Below, piece by piece: positions 1 to 9,319 of a DNA stretch of 64,000 nt. A model generated the notes under the pieces. It made no database searches. It had not been told where the DNA came from and saw only the letters and a list, made by a program, of their open reading frames with translations. A program made the translations under genes and the position numbers. The DNA lies in the sequence record OR352942.1. One strand, given 5' to 3'. The DNA is from Escherichia phage AV112. Positions within the stretch are counted from its first letter, which is position 1; each line of letters opens with the position of its first letter.

Positions 1-489
1 AGGACGAGTTAGTCCAGAATCTTCAACTTTATTATAGCCATTGATAACAATTTTACCATCTTTATTTGTAATAGCAATTGTATCAATCTGAAGACCACGT
101 GAAACTCGAAGCAATTGTTGAAGGTCTTCAGCTTTAATTTCAGTAATCACAGAAGCCACTGGGAATTGAATTGGTTTATTAGGAAAAACAATGGTGCTCT
201 TGTCAGCGGCAGGCCAATAAACCGTGGAACGTGTATCTGCAATTTTAATATTACCATCGGTGTGCATTGAAATTTCAGCATCATCAGACACTAGACTCAA
301 AATGCTTAAGAAGCTATTCAAATCATAAAGTGCTACGTCAAAATCAATTTCATCGGAGATATTTGCTTCCGCATAAGTGGTGCCATTAACTGCACGAGTC
401 ATAATAAATTTACCTTGACTCAGCAGAATGCCGGAGTTAATAGAGGCAAAGTTTTTCAGAATAGCGATAGTATCTTTAGACAGTTTCAT
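1..489 (-). CDS. 45: gp45 sliding clamp (partial; C-terminal part lies beyond the window start)
   Basis: Manual reverse-complement translation from the ATG at 487-489 gives MKLSKDTIAILKNFASINSGILLSQGKFIMTRAVNGTTYAEANISD..., closely matching T4 gp45 as recalled. Not in the ORF track because it is truncated. Confidence 0.85.
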   Translation of the reverse strand, partial: MKLSKDTIAILKNFASINSGILLSQGKFIMTRAVNGTTYAEANISDEIDFDVALYDLNSFLSILSLVSDDAEISMHTDGNIKIADTRSTVYWPAADKSTIVFPNKPIQFPVASVITEIKAEDLQQLLRVSRGLQIDTIAITNKDGKIVINGYNKVEDSGLTRP

Positions 490-531
490 TTTATTTCCTT
501 TCAAGACAATTCAAAGTTTATAACAAATTTA

Positions 532-948
532 TTACGCAGCAACCATTTGCTTTTTAATAGCTTCAGGCAGTGATTCAATATATTCTGGAATTTTAGAAGC
601 AACAATTTCGCCAGCTGCAATTAGTTGTTCGTCGGCATCAACACAGTAGAAATCTTCCAGACGCTCAGAACCATCTTTATCAAGAACGATTTTTCCGCCG
701 GCTTCAATAGAATCTTTATAGTGCTTACGCATCAGATGAATCCACATATCAGATACATCATTATCAATAAAACCATAAATCATAAAACGAGTTTCTTGTG
801 GCAAAGATTGGAGTTTTTTAGCACTTGCGTCATCACAATGCAGGACCCATGCTTTACGAACACGATTATGGTTATGTGGGTTAGCGTCAGTACGGATAGA
901 AGTAACTTTCAGATCAGCAGCGGTGAAACCTTTAGCAGTAGTAAACAT
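532..948 (-). CDS. rpbA: RpbA-like RNA polymerase-binding protein (assigned by position between 45 and 46)
   Basis: 138-aa ORF in the position T4 rpbA occupies; assignment is positional, sequence not verified. Confidence 0.5.
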   Translation of the reverse strand: MFTTAKGFTAADLKVTSIRTDANPHNHNRVRKAWVLHCDDASAKKLQSLPQETRFMIYGFIDNDVSDMWIHLMRKHYKDSIEAGGKIVLDKDGSERLEDFYCVDADEQLIAAGEIVASKIPEYIESLPEAIKKQMVAA

Positions 949-960
949 ATTATTTCTCTC

Positions 961-1161
961 TTATTCGTAGAAGTCGGTAACTGTCCATGCGGAATTGCGA
1001 TTAGACATTATTTTATTATACTCATCTTTAAAAGCAGATTTGAGCATTTGTTCAGTAACAATATGTTCTTCACCTGAAAACGTATTGGTCAAAACATATT
1101 TTTTAATTTCAGGGACAACGAGAAGATGTTGGCCGGTTGAATACTCCATGTTGTTCTCCAT
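961..1161 (-). CDS. hypothetical small protein (45.2-like by position)
   Basis: 66-aa ORF between rpbA-like gene and gene 46. Confidence 0.4.
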   Translation of the reverse strand: MENNMEYSTGQHLLVVPEIKKYVLTNTFSGEEHIVTEQMLKSAFKDEYNKIMSNRNSAWTVTDFYE

Positions 1162-1203
1162 TTAATTTGATGTGGTCATTATAACCACATCTTGTTAAAG
1201 CGT

Positions 1204-2892
1204 TTATGAAACAGTCATTACCGTAAATCGTCCAACTTTGCTCATTTGAAGATGTTGTCCATAACGTTGAGGGTCATGGTCTCGATGAGAGATAATGAAC
1301 ACATTAGTATTTTGTAAACTTCCAAGAATGGTATCTATAGCCTTAACAGCCTCAGAATCGACAGCACCATCAAAAACCTCATCAAGAATCAGAGTGTTGA
1401 TTTTAACACCAGAGACCTTTTCAGCAATATCTCGCCATGTAAACAACAATGCGATATCGATACGTGCCTTTTCACCTTGACTAAATGAAGCATAACTAAA
1501 ATCTTCACGACCACGTGATTTTATAGATTCATTGAATTCTTCGTCAATAGAAAACACGTAATCAGCTTCCATGATTTTAAGATAATAGTTAATCTGCTTG
1601 TTGAACAGAGGCACATATTTTTTAATGATAGCACCTTTAATACCAGAATCTTTTAACATATCTGTGATAATACCACGATGGTATTTTTCAAGAACGATAT
1701 CAGATTTTGTTTTAATGATTTTATCAAGTTCTTTTTGAAGCAAAGCTATCTCATCAGCATGGTCGATAAATTCCGCCGAGGCTTGTTCTATTGCAGCTTT
1801 AACTTTCTTAGCTTTATCAATAGTGGCAATCATTGCTTGTTTCTTGGTACGAATATCAGATGCAAGGTCCTGTTTAGTCTTAACATTAGCTCTATATTCG
1901 TCCACTAGGACACTCAGATTATCTCTGTGGCATGTAAGTTGCTCGAATGAGTGATTACATTCGTGAAGCTTATCGGTAATCTTAGAGACAATAGGATCAC
2001 CCTGGTGCAACTGCGATGCACAAGTAGGACATGTACCACCATCATGATACATCTTAATAACTTTGTTATATGAGTCGATTTTAGATTTAATCAAGAATGC
2101 TTCTTGTCCGATCTTGTTGAATGCCTCAGTAGGGTCTTCGTCAAGAACGATATTAAGTAGACGCTCATTAGCTTCTTCAATTTCTGCTTTTAATGAACGA
2201 GCTTCTTTGGCTAGGTCGTCATACATATTCTGTAGACGCGCTACATTATCACCAGATAATTTCTTTTGTCGTTCGATATTCTCGTTATAAATCTTAATTT
2301 GTTGGATAACACCATCTTTCTTGGCATCGAGAACTTGTCCCTGGGAATTAAGTTCTCGAACTTGAGACTTATTGATTTTATCCATTTCAGCGAGTGTGCC
2401 GACTTCTAAAAGGTCTTCGACAAGTTTTCTGCGAGCAGGGGTGCTAAGAGCCATGAAAGGGGTATACCCTGCCGTCCCAAGCACAACGATTTGTTTAAAA
2501 GACGCGTATGACATTCCGATGCTGCGTTCAAATTCTTCTTGGAAGTCACGACTGCTGGCAGATTCATCAAGACGAACACCGTCAACGGAGATTTCGAAAA
2601 TATTGGGCTTTTGGCCACGTTTAATGAAGTATTTTTTACCATCGAATTCCATCCAAAGCTCAACTAAGAGCTCTTTCTTGTTCGTGCTATTAATGATTTG
2701 CCCTTTCTTAACATCACGAAATGGTTTACCGAAAAGTCCGAAAGTAATGGCTTCTAACATCGTAGATTTGCCACCACCATTTTTACCAGTGATTAATGTC
2801 TTTTGGACTTTATCTAATTGGATATCGATAAAATTTTGCCCAACAGACATTATATTTTTATAACGAACACGATTTAATTTAAATGTTTTCAC
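1204..2892 (-). CDS. 46: gp46 recombination endonuclease subunit (Rad50/SbcC-like ATPase)
   Basis: 562 aa; Walker A GKNGGGKST near the N-terminus, long coiled-coil middle with CPTC zinc hook, C-terminal LILDEVFDG Walker B/signature region; same length class as T4 gp46. Confidence 0.92.
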   Translation of the reverse strand: MKTFKLNRVRYKNIMSVGQNFIDIQLDKVQKTLITGKNGGGKSTMLEAITFGLFGKPFRDVKKGQIINSTNKKELLVELWMEFDGKKYFIKRGQKPNIFEISVDGVRLDESASSRDFQEEFERSIGMSYASFKQIVVLGTAGYTPFMALSTPARRKLVEDLLEVGTLAEMDKINKSQVRELNSQGQVLDAKKDGVIQQIKIYNENIERQKKLSGDNVARLQNMYDDLAKEARSLKAEIEEANERLLNIVLDEDPTEAFNKIGQEAFLIKSKIDSYNKVIKMYHDGGTCPTCASQLHQGDPIVSKITDKLHECNHSFEQLTCHRDNLSVLVDEYRANVKTKQDLASDIRTKKQAMIATIDKAKKVKAAIEQASAEFIDHADEIALLQKELDKIIKTKSDIVLEKYHRGIITDMLKDSGIKGAIIKKYVPLFNKQINYYLKIMEADYVFSIDEEFNESIKSRGREDFSYASFSQGEKARIDIALLFTWRDIAEKVSGVKINTLILDEVFDGAVDSEAVKAIDTILGSLQNTNVFIISHRDHDPQRYGQHLQMSKVGRFTVMTVS

Positions 2893-3754
2893 TTAAATTT
2901 TTCCTCATGAATTCAGAAACTAAAGCCTGTAAAGAACTTTGTATAGGATATCCTAAATTGACTAAATTTTTAGAAAAAGTCACATATTTAGGTTTGTTCA
3001 TTTTAACCCATTCATCGTAAAGCATATCAAAATTTTCCCAATGATATCCTTTTCTTCTAGATTTCAAATGAGTGTCTCTAACTTTAGGATTTTTCCAACT
3101 GCGTGAAACTCCAGCCGATAATGATTCTCTATATTCGGCTGTTTTAGATATTTTACGACAAGCATCCAAATGTTTTTGTTTATTAATAGGGTCACTAAAC
3201 CACTTTTGGGTCATAATAGAGACGGTTTCTTTAAATTCCTTTGAACTTGTCATAATTCTGTGTTTCTTTAAATTTTCCGGATTTTTAAACCATGCTTTTA
3301 AAGCTTGACTAATCTTAATTCTATTATCCTGATTGGAATAGTATAATGTCATTTTTATAGAATTAACTTTACAAACATTTTCGAATTCTAAAGAATACGC
3401 CTCGGCTATATTATTTAGTTCATGCGTTGTACAATTTAAATTAAATCGCCCGGTATACATTCTTTGAAGCGCGTTAATCATCTTGTGGTTGCCAGTTTTT
3501 GCCAAAATGCTATGTGCAATAAAATGGTTATAATGACTTAAATGACACAAGTTCCATTTACATGTTTTAAAATCTGGAAAAATAGATTTTGGTAGTATAT
3601 GGTGAACCTGAGTCAGTCCTTTTACTTTATTAGTTGAATTAGTTTTTATAAAGTTTAAATACTCATCAAGTCCTTCCCACGAAGGGAAGGAGGTTTTAAG
3701 AATTTTATAAATTTGAGTTTCATAATCAGTCTTCGTCATTATACGCGTCCTCAA
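2879..3754 (-). CDS. free-standing HNH homing endonuclease (Mob-like)
   Basis: 291 aa; HNH-like motif QVHHILPKS...CHLSHYNHFIAH and repeated W-x-NP-x-K-H DNA-binding modules (KAWFKNPENLKKH, KWFSDPINKQKH, SWKNPKVRDTH); overlaps the start of gene 46 by 14 nt. Confidence 0.65.
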   Translation of the reverse strand: MRTRIMTKTDYETQIYKILKTSFPSWEGLDEYLNFIKTNSTNKVKGLTQVHHILPKSIFPDFKTCKWNLCHLSHYNHFIAHSILAKTGNHKMINALQRMYTGRFNLNCTTHELNNIAEAYSLEFENVCKVNSIKMTLYYSNQDNRIKISQALKAWFKNPENLKKHRIMTSSKEFKETVSIMTQKWFSDPINKQKHLDACRKISKTAEYRESLSAGVSRSWKNPKVRDTHLKSRRKGYHWENFDMLYDEWVKMNKPKYVTFSKNLVNLGYPIQSSLQALVSEFMRKNLSENI

Positions 3755-3983
3755 TACACGCTTCAGCCATTTTAAGAATAGAGCCAGGAGTATCGTTGTC
3801 CATTATATTAAAGCTAAATTCAACAGCCCAGTCGGTGCAGACATGAACTGCTTTAACTTCATTACCTTCAACGCGTAATGGCTCAATCCAATACTTGATA
3901 GTGTTCTCGAATCCATCATCATCTTTAACGTCCATTTCAACTTCAAGCCTGAGTCCAGCATTGTTAAATTCATCTAAAGTCAT
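3726..3983 (-). CDS. hypothetical acidic protein
   Basis: 85-aa ORF between the HNH gene and gene 47. Confidence 0.4.
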   Translation of the reverse strand: MTLDEFNNAGLRLEVEMDVKDDDGFENTIKYWIEPLRVEGNEVKAVHVCTDWAVEFSFNIMDNDTPGSILKMAEACIEDAYNDED

Positions 3984-4999
3984 TGTGTTGCCTCAATATA
4001 AAGTTCGTTGGAATATTTGACCAGCGCTTCTCTGTCTTCGTCTGAGATATCTGGAATCGCGTCAATATATTCTTTAATGATATCTTGAAGAGATTTAATC
4101 TCGATTTCCTGGTCGTCATCAGATTCAACACTGTTATCAACTTTAGAAACCATACGAAGAGAGTGAACTACTTTTTCAAGTTCAGATTCAAACTTAGTCA
4201 ACTCTGAATCAATTTCTGATACTATAACACGTACGGCTAGATTAGTATAATCAGAATAATTGATTTTGCCTTTAAACGGATAAGTGATTCGTCGATGCCA
4301 TGTTGTTTCGTTAGGAATAAATTCCATACGTTCAACATCAGTGTCAAATACCCAAAATCCGCGCGGGTCGTTCTCATCACCTGCAGTAAGGGTCCATGGT
4401 GTCCCAATATATTTGACGTTAGCAGCTTCAGAGATTGTGTGGAAGTGGCCGGACCAGACTTGTTTATAGGTCTTTAAGAAATCAGGTTCAAGCCCATGAG
4501 ACTTCATTCCTTTATAGAAATAAAAACCATTCAGTTCCCAGTGCCCAACACAATACGCTGCGGAAGAAGTCTTGATGTGCTCTAAGATTTCACCTGTATT
4601 TTCTTCGCACATCCATGGAACGATATCAATCAGACATCCGTCAAAATCTACAGTAGTTGGATGCTCGTAAATAGTAAAGTTTTCAAATTGAGTTAACAAT
4701 TCAGAAACAGTGTTAGGTGTTATTGTATTCTTAAACGCCATGTCATGGTTTCCTATCGTGACATGAACGTGAATGCCTGCTTTAGAAATCATATCAACGA
4801 TTTCACGATTGAATTCCATTGTACGATGTGTTATTGCTTTACGGACGTCAAACCAATCACCGTACTGAATCCAAGTTTTAATCCCATGTTTCTTAGAGTA
4901 TTCAATTGCTTGACGAATACCATCACGTTGAATATCTTGAACCCATGGGTCGTCTTGTTTGACTCCGATATGGAAGTCGCCTAAGTGCAAAATTTTCAT
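3980..4999 (-). CDS. 47: gp47 recombination endonuclease subunit (Mre11/SbcD-like phosphoesterase)
   Basis: 339 aa; N-terminal MKILHLGDFHIG and GNHD metallophosphatase motifs; same length as T4 gp47. Confidence 0.92.
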   Translation of the reverse strand: MKILHLGDFHIGVKQDDPWVQDIQRDGIRQAIEYSKKHGIKTWIQYGDWFDVRKAITHRTMEFNREIVDMISKAGIHVHVTIGNHDMAFKNTITPNTVSELLTQFENFTIYEHPTTVDFDGCLIDIVPWMCEENTGEILEHIKTSSAAYCVGHWELNGFYFYKGMKSHGLEPDFLKTYKQVWSGHFHTISEAANVKYIGTPWTLTAGDENDPRGFWVFDTDVERMEFIPNETTWHRRITYPFKGKINYSDYTNLAVRVIVSEIDSELTKFESELEKVVHSLRMVSKVDNSVESDDDQEIEIKSLQDIIKEYIDAIPDISDEDREALVKYSNELYIEATQ

Positions 5000-5040
5000 A
5001 TTATTTCCTCATTAGTTAATTCATTCTATCATCCGCTTAT

Positions 5041-5071
5041 AAAGCAAAAAAAGGAACTCCGAAGAGTTCCT
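5041..5071 (-). terminator. rho-independent terminator (8-bp stem, UUCG tetraloop, U-run)
   Basis: Plus strand aggaactc-cgaa-gagttcct preceded by aaagcaaaaa; on the minus strand this is a hairpin followed by UUUUUGCUUU. Confidence 0.55.
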
Positions 5072-5243
5072 ATCCACATAGTACACCATACAGAGGCTCA
5101 TTTGAACTTTTAAATCGAATGGGCTTGTATGTAATAGTTCCTTCGGCTTTAGCTTTATCATAAGACTCTTTAAAACGCCTCATTCTTTCTGCTTTGCCTT
5201 TACGGATTTTATCGAAATTTTCAGAGGTCAGGTCGTTCGTCAT
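5070..5243 (-). CDS. hypothetical small basic protein (57 aa, 47.1-like position)
   Basis: Manual translation MTNDLTSENFDKIRKGKAERMRRFKESYDKAKAEGTITYKPIRFKSSNEPLYGVLCG; GAGGTGA ribosome-binding site upstream; below the track length cutoff. Confidence 0.35.
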   Translation of the reverse strand: MTNDLTSENFDKIRKGKAERMRRFKESYDKAKAEGTITYKPIRFKSSNEPLYGVLCG

Positions 5244-5282
5244 GCATAATCACCTCTCAGAAAATACCTAAATCGATTTCTC

Positions 5283-5504
5283 TCATCGTTTCCACCATTT
5301 CTTAACTTGAAATGAGTCAACCCACACGAGTTGTTTTGGGTCGGCCCTTACAACAGGTGGACAAATTTCTGTAATAGAACTGTCGTGATATTCCTTTTCA
5401 GAGATTTTAACACAAAGAGGACCTCCCAATTTAAGGGTGAACCCTGCGTTCAGCTTAAGACGTTTAAACTTTGTTTGAACTAGCGCCATTAATGATGTCC
5501 TCAA
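5283..5504 (-). CDS. hypothetical protein
   Basis: 73-aa ORF in the interval where T4 carries alpha-glucosyltransferase. Confidence 0.35.
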   Translation of the reverse strand: MRTSLMALVQTKFKRLKLNAGFTLKLGGPLCVKISEKEYHDSSITEICPPVVRADPKQLVWVDSFQVKKWWKR

Positions 5505-5787
5505 TAGCCTGACGAGTAGTAACCCACTGGATTTTAATTAACTTGTCATTATATGGTTGTCGTAGAATATCCCGAGATTTCTTAATAGCATATTCGTAAG
5601 CTTCGAAGTTGTTTTGAATTGCTGCTTCTTGAGCATGAGCATAAAGACGGTTTAGTTCAAAACGATTCTTTTTAAGAATCTTTTCGGATTTTTTACGTGC
5701 TTCAGCTTCATTTTTCTTTTGGATTTCTTGTAGCATTTTAGCTACTGCATCTTCTGCTTCTTTATTTTCAATAATCTCGGTAGTCAT
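5464..5787 (-). CDS. hypothetical coiled-coil protein
   Basis: 107-aa ORF, Lys/Glu-rich. Confidence 0.4.
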   Translation of the reverse strand: MTTEIIENKEAEDAVAKMLQEIQKKNEAEARKKSEKILKKNRFELNRLYAHAQEAAIQNNFEAYEYAIKKSRDILRQPYNDKLIKIQWVTTRQAIEDIINGASSNKV

Positions 5788-5788
5788 A

Positions 5789-5998
5789 TTATCTCATTAA
5801 ATTAAAATAAAAACGTCCATCCTCTTCAATACGGAACTCATACTCAACCGGAGTCCCATTTATCGAAAATGACACGTCATGTGGGTTCAAAGGGTCGATG
5901 TCAAAATTAATTTTAAATTCACGACCCAACAGTTTTACCAAATAAGGGATTGCTTCGTCAAAAGGTTCTTCTAAGTAGTTAGAGATGTCAATTGTCAT
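5789..5998 (-). CDS. hypothetical protein (start uncertain)
   Basis: Track ORF 5789-6082 overlaps the 3' end of gene 55; an internal Met start would reduce the overlap. Confidence 0.3.
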   Translation of the reverse strand: MTIDISNYLEEPFDEAIPYLVKLLGREFKINFDIDPLNPHDVSFSINGTPVEYEFRIEEDGRFYFNLMR

Positions 5999-6545
5999 CC
6001 TCATATAAAAAATCCAAACTAGGCGAATCGCTAACAACTTCCTTCTTTTCAGCCCCAGGAGCTTTATAAGCGGATTCTTCATAATGCGTCATTTTATCGT
6101 AGATGTCTTGAATAAACGTTTCATCTACCAACGCTACCATATCATCGTCATGACTGTCGTAGACGTTATGAACGAAGTAACTATATTTCTTTGCAACTTC
6201 CTTACGTTCTTTTTTGATACGTTGGACAAAAGCATTAAAACAAGCTCGAGTTATGTATGCATGTGGGTTATTGTACTTAGTTTCGTCGAAATTATGAAGT
6301 CCCTTAATAGAGGCTTCAATCCCATCTGCAATCATCTCCTGCTTCCAAGACTGGGTATATCCTGAAAAGTTGAAACGTTTGGACAGGCCTTCGGCGATAA
6401 GCATAATTGCTAAACCGATGGTATCATTCTGACGAATAATTTTGTTTGGGTCTTTATTATTTAAGAGCTCCTTTTTCCACTCGATTATAGCGGCGAGAAG
6501 CTCTTTATTATTCACATAGTTATTTTTAGGTTTTTGTTCAGTCAT
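5988..6545 (-). CDS. 55: gp55 late-transcription sigma factor
   Basis: 185 aa; near-identical over long stretches to T4 gp55 as recalled ([71 protein letters not shown]). Confidence 0.9.
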   Translation of the reverse strand: MTEQKPKNNYVNNKELLAAIIEWKKELLNNKDPNKIIRQNDTIGLAIMLIAEGLSKRFNFSGYTQSWKQEMIADGIEASIKGLHNFDETKYNNPHAYITRACFNAFVQRIKKERKEVAKKYSYFVHNVYDSHDDDMVALVDETFIQDIYDKMTHYEESAYKAPGAEKKEVVSDSPSLDFLYEDDN

Positions 6546-6574
6546 AAGTACCTCTTAGCTCAATTCATAGGTCT

Positions 6575-6610
6575 ATTATATCATAATATTTAGAGACCTA
6601 TCTTAAAGCA
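6575..6610 (-). promoter_or_regulatory. candidate promoter upstream of gene 55: -10 TATAAT inside an 8-bp inverted repeat, MotA-box-like TGCTTTA upstream
   Basis: Plus strand ataggtct...agacctat flanks attata (minus TATAAT); RC of taaagca is TGCTTTA, but its spacing to this -10 is about 23 nt, longer than I recall for middle promoters. Confidence 0.3.
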
Positions 6611-6700
6611 CGAGATACTACCAAAGATACGTAACTTTCATAAAGTTGTCGACTTAAAATTCACCAAACTTTTATTCGGTTATAGTAATTCGAGATAGTT

Positions 6701-6928
6701 TCATTCTATTTCCTTTGCTGCAAATAAGGCAGCATCCAACGAATCAAATTGGTCAACGAAATCAATATTCAATGCATCGTCATCCGTAGCATATAACCAC
6801 CATTGTTTGAATTCGTATTCTAGAATAAATCCAGGACCTTCAATCTGAGGAAGACCTAGACTATTTGTACTAACTTCATAACCAGCTAGACGCAGGTCAT
6901 TAATCAAAGTTTCTGTTAATACGTTCAT
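6701..6928 (-). CDS. hypothetical protein
   Basis: 75-aa ORF. Confidence 0.35.
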   Translation of the reverse strand: MNVLTETLINDLRLAGYEVSTNSLGLPQIEGPGFILEYEFKQWWLYATDDDALNIDFVDQFDSLDAALFAAKEIE

Positions 6929-7260
6929 TTTACCGCCTTAACAATTTTCAGGTCAACGAATTTTTTCTTACGTTGATTTTTCATACGACGGATAGTCTTT
7001 TCAGAGATTTCATGTTTCTGATAAGCTTTAGATTCAACACCAAATGCAGCAACGTCAAATTCAGAAAGAATATATTGTACTAGAATTTCACGAATAGAAT
7101 TACGTCCAATTTTCTGGTCGTGTTTTTGCATGATTTCATAAAGACGGAATTCCCACGCGTCAAGAACTTGAGGAGTAACAATATTGCCGGATTCAAGAAG
7201 AGCAACAACTTTATCGAAAGCGAAAGAATTAACTACGTTTTTGATTTTAGTAGACATATT
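6925..7260 (-). CDS. hypothetical protein (start moved to internal Met)
   Basis: Track ORF 6925-7296; the Met at 7260 (MSTKIKNV...) follows GAGGAAAATAAT and lies downstream of the promoter repeat at 7276-7321. Confidence 0.4.
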   Translation of the reverse strand, partial: NMSTKIKNVVNSFAFDKVVALLESGNIVTPQVLDAWEFRLYEIMQKHDQKIGRNSIREILVQYILSEFDVAAFGVESKAYQKHEISEKTIRRMKNQRKKKFVDLKIVKAVK

Positions 7261-7275
7261 ATTTTCCTCGGTTAT

Positions 7276-7321
7276 TTTATTATCCAATGAGAGCATTATA
7301 CTCTGCTCTCAAGAGTTTGTA
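7276..7321 (-). promoter_or_regulatory. early promoter/stem-loop cassette, copy A of a 46-bp perfect direct repeat
   Basis: tttattatccaatgagagcattatactctgctctcaagagtttgta is identical to 37920-37965. Minus strand reads TTTACA-17 nt-TATAAT with inverted repeat GAGAGCA/TGCTCTC flanking the -10. Confidence 0.6.
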
Positions 7322-7326
7322 AATCG

Positions 7327-7539
7327 TTATCCGAACTTTTTAGCGCCTTTCCAGCCTTCGTACATAACTGCACAAGTCAGTAATACAGCGTGCTGGCATT
7401 CTTTGTATTTGTAAATCCAGAACCAGCGTAAAAAGTCTTCATCCTCAACACCGTTGAGTTTCATGTTGGCAAAGAATTCGGCACGTTCTTCACGAAGTTG
7501 CCATGACACAATATTTTCAGGATTCATTTTGTGTTCCAA
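7327..7539 (-). CDS. hypothetical protein
   Basis: 70-aa ORF. Confidence 0.35.
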   Translation of the reverse strand: MEHKMNPENIVSWQLREERAEFFANMKLNGVEDEDFLRWFWIYKYKECQHAVLLTCAVMYEGWKGAKKFG

Positions 7540-7751
7540 GCCCCGTTTTCGTCGATGAACTTAATCCAGTCATTTACAGACCATTTAGTTGTATCACCCT
7601 TTAGATTAACATTTAAAGTATATAATCCCTGCTTAAAAAGCATTCGTTTGATATTCATAATTTCCTCAACTGTAACGATAACATTCGTTAGCTTTACGTT
7701 TGGCTTCAGTATGAGAAGTATTATAATCATAATCTTCTTTACTGTAAACAT
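7524..7751 (-). CDS. hypothetical protein
   Basis: 75-aa ORF. Confidence 0.3.
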   Translation of the reverse strand: MFTVKKIMIIILLILKPNVKLTNVIVTVEEIMNIKRMLFKQGLYTLNVNLKGDTTKWSVNDWIKFIDENGAWNTK

Positions 7752-7959
7752 CTTTTTTCAACTTACGAACTTCTTTGCGGAGTTGTCGATTCATTTCGTT
7801 CTTGACTTCAGAATCAACGCCTTTCATACGTTTCCATTTATCCGAGCGGAAAATGTTTTCAACCATGTCTTTGTGGCTAACACCGTCAGGAGCTTTACGT
7901 TTACCAAAATAGTCGTAATCACGAACTTTCAAATCTTTACGACGATACGTTTTACCCAT
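7666..7959 (-). CDS. hypothetical basic protein (start uncertain)
   Basis: Lys/Arg-rich ORF; overlaps neighbours in the track. Confidence 0.3.
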   Translation of the reverse strand: MGKTYRRKDLKVRDYDYFGKRKAPDGVSHKDMVENIFRSDKWKRMKGVDSEVKNEMNRQLRKEVRKLKKDVYSKEDYDYNTSHTEAKRKANECYRYS

Positions 7960-7966
7960 AAGTACC

Positions 7967-8335
7967 TCAGAGGTTGATTGATACAATGCGTTTGATAAAA
8001 TTCACTTCACTTACTGAAAGGTCTTTAAGACCGATTGATTCTAAACGCTGAGTAAGCGTCAACATCGGGATATAGTCCCAATGTGTTTTAGACGTTTGAT
8101 AAGTACGGGCGCCATTAGCAATTTCAACGTTCAAATCAGAAATGGTAATGAATACCAGACGTTCGTTGTTTACATTAAGAGTTAGAACAACTTTCTTCGA
8201 ATTCAGACTAATCATTTTGTTTTCCTCTATAGTAGATGGTTTAATCTTAACACATCTATTGAGGATGTAAACTGTTTTATGAAAATATTTTCGATTTGAG
8301 AGGGGCACAAGGAGATAGTGAAGTGAAGATTCCAA
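7967..8335 (-). CDS. hypothetical protein
   Basis: 122-aa ORF. Confidence 0.4.
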   Translation of the reverse strand: MESSLHYLLVPLSNRKYFHKTVYILNRCVKIKPSTIEENKMISLNSKKVVLTLNVNNERLVFITISDLNVEIANGARTYQTSKTHWDYIPMLTLTQRLESIGLKDLSVSEVNFIKRIVSINL

Positions 8336-8380
8336 TGGATTATATTAGAAATGAGATAAAGAAGACCAGGCGGCACCTGG

Positions 8381-8704
8381 TCAATCTTCTATGATATCAG
8401 AGTCATATCCTAATGAAATCAAGGACTTTTTAAACTCTGCAATATTCTTTTGTTTCTTATCATTTAAAAATATGACAGGATAACGAATATTAAGTGAAGT
8501 GAATCCTGCACGTTTAGCAAGAGATACGATTAAAGGACGGTCATATTCAATCTTACCATTATTAGTGAGGACTTTATAAAATGTATAAGGAGCATTGAGC
8601 TCCTTTAAAAGTTTTGTAACAGTATAACATCCTGGACAACGTCCTACTTCTTCAGGGATGCCATAGATTTCAATCTTGTTCTTTAAGTTCGAGTTTTGTT
8701 CCAC
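8381..8704 (-). CDS. nrdH: NrdH-like glutaredoxin (likely GTG start)
   Basis: KIEIYGIPEEVGRCPGCYTV...GYDSDIIED with a CPGC redox motif. The track ORF extends upstream with no in-frame ATG near the conserved N-terminus; a GTG at 8702-8704 follows AAGGAA. Confidence 0.7.
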   Translation of the reverse strand: MEQNSNLKNKIEIYGIPEEVGRCPGCYTVTKLLKELNAPYTFYKVLTNNGKIEYDRPLIVSLAKRAGFTSLNIRYPVIFLNDKKQKNIAEFKKSLISLGYDSDIIED

Positions 8705-8987
8705 GAGAAATAATTCCTTGGTAAGCCCAATAAGGAGGATTAACAGAATCCTCGCCAGAGTTTTCTTCAGGAAAATAAACCTGGATAACAAATCCAGATT
8801 CATCAAAGGTAAAATAAACTGTAGGTAATTCACCTAACAATTCAGCACGATTATTAATTTCTTCGAGTTCTCGTTCGCATCCAGCCCAAAAACTAGGATT
8901 TAGACTACATTCATAGAAATAATAGTCATTACCGAACATATCAAAACCATTCCAACTCTCAACCACATACCGCTCAAAACTAATCAT
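8670..8987 (-). CDS. hypothetical protein
   Basis: 105-aa ORF whose stop overlaps the nrdH start. Confidence 0.4.
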   Translation of the reverse strand: MISFERYVVESWNGFDMFGNDYYFYECSLNPSFWAGCERELEEINNRAELLGELPTVYFTFDESGFVIQVYFPEENSGEDSVNPPYWAYQGIISRGTKLELKEQD

Positions 8988-8989
8988 AA

Positions 8990-9229
8990 TTAAGCCTTTT
9001 TATCAAGAACAGAATTCAGTTTATTAGTAATTTTGTCCAAACGTTCATTGAATTCGCTGGAAGATAAACCCTTTTCAGGAGAAATTAAACTAATCACGAA
9101 AAATACAACAGTAAAAGGAATAAGAAAAATAGCTCCAACTGCCATAAACAAAAAGAACGTTACAGTTGTAAGAAAATCAGCTAAACCTTTACGAAATTTA
9201 TACATATTTACCCTTAATTGATTAACCAA
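8990..9229 (-). CDS. small membrane protein
   Basis: 79 aa with one long hydrophobic segment FFLFMAVGAIFLIPFTVVFFVISLI. Confidence 0.45.
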   Translation of the reverse strand: MVNQLRVNMYKFRKGLADFLTTVTFFLFMAVGAIFLIPFTVVFFVISLISPEKGLSSSEFNERLDKITNKLNSVLDKKA

Positions 9230-9319
9230 ACATTGATAAACACTAAACTATATTGCGAATAAAATTCTGGACCAAAACGAAAAATCATATCATTTATAGT
9301 ATCCATAGTGTAATTCAAT

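Noticed and set aside
625-1077. 150-aa plus-strand ORF overlapping the rpbA-like gene
   Set aside because: Antisense to conserved minus-strand genes next to gene 45; hydrophobic low-complexity translation; no expression signals.
2372-2863. 163-aa plus-strand ORF inside gene 46
   Set aside because: Lies entirely within the antisense of the well-supported gp46 coding sequence.
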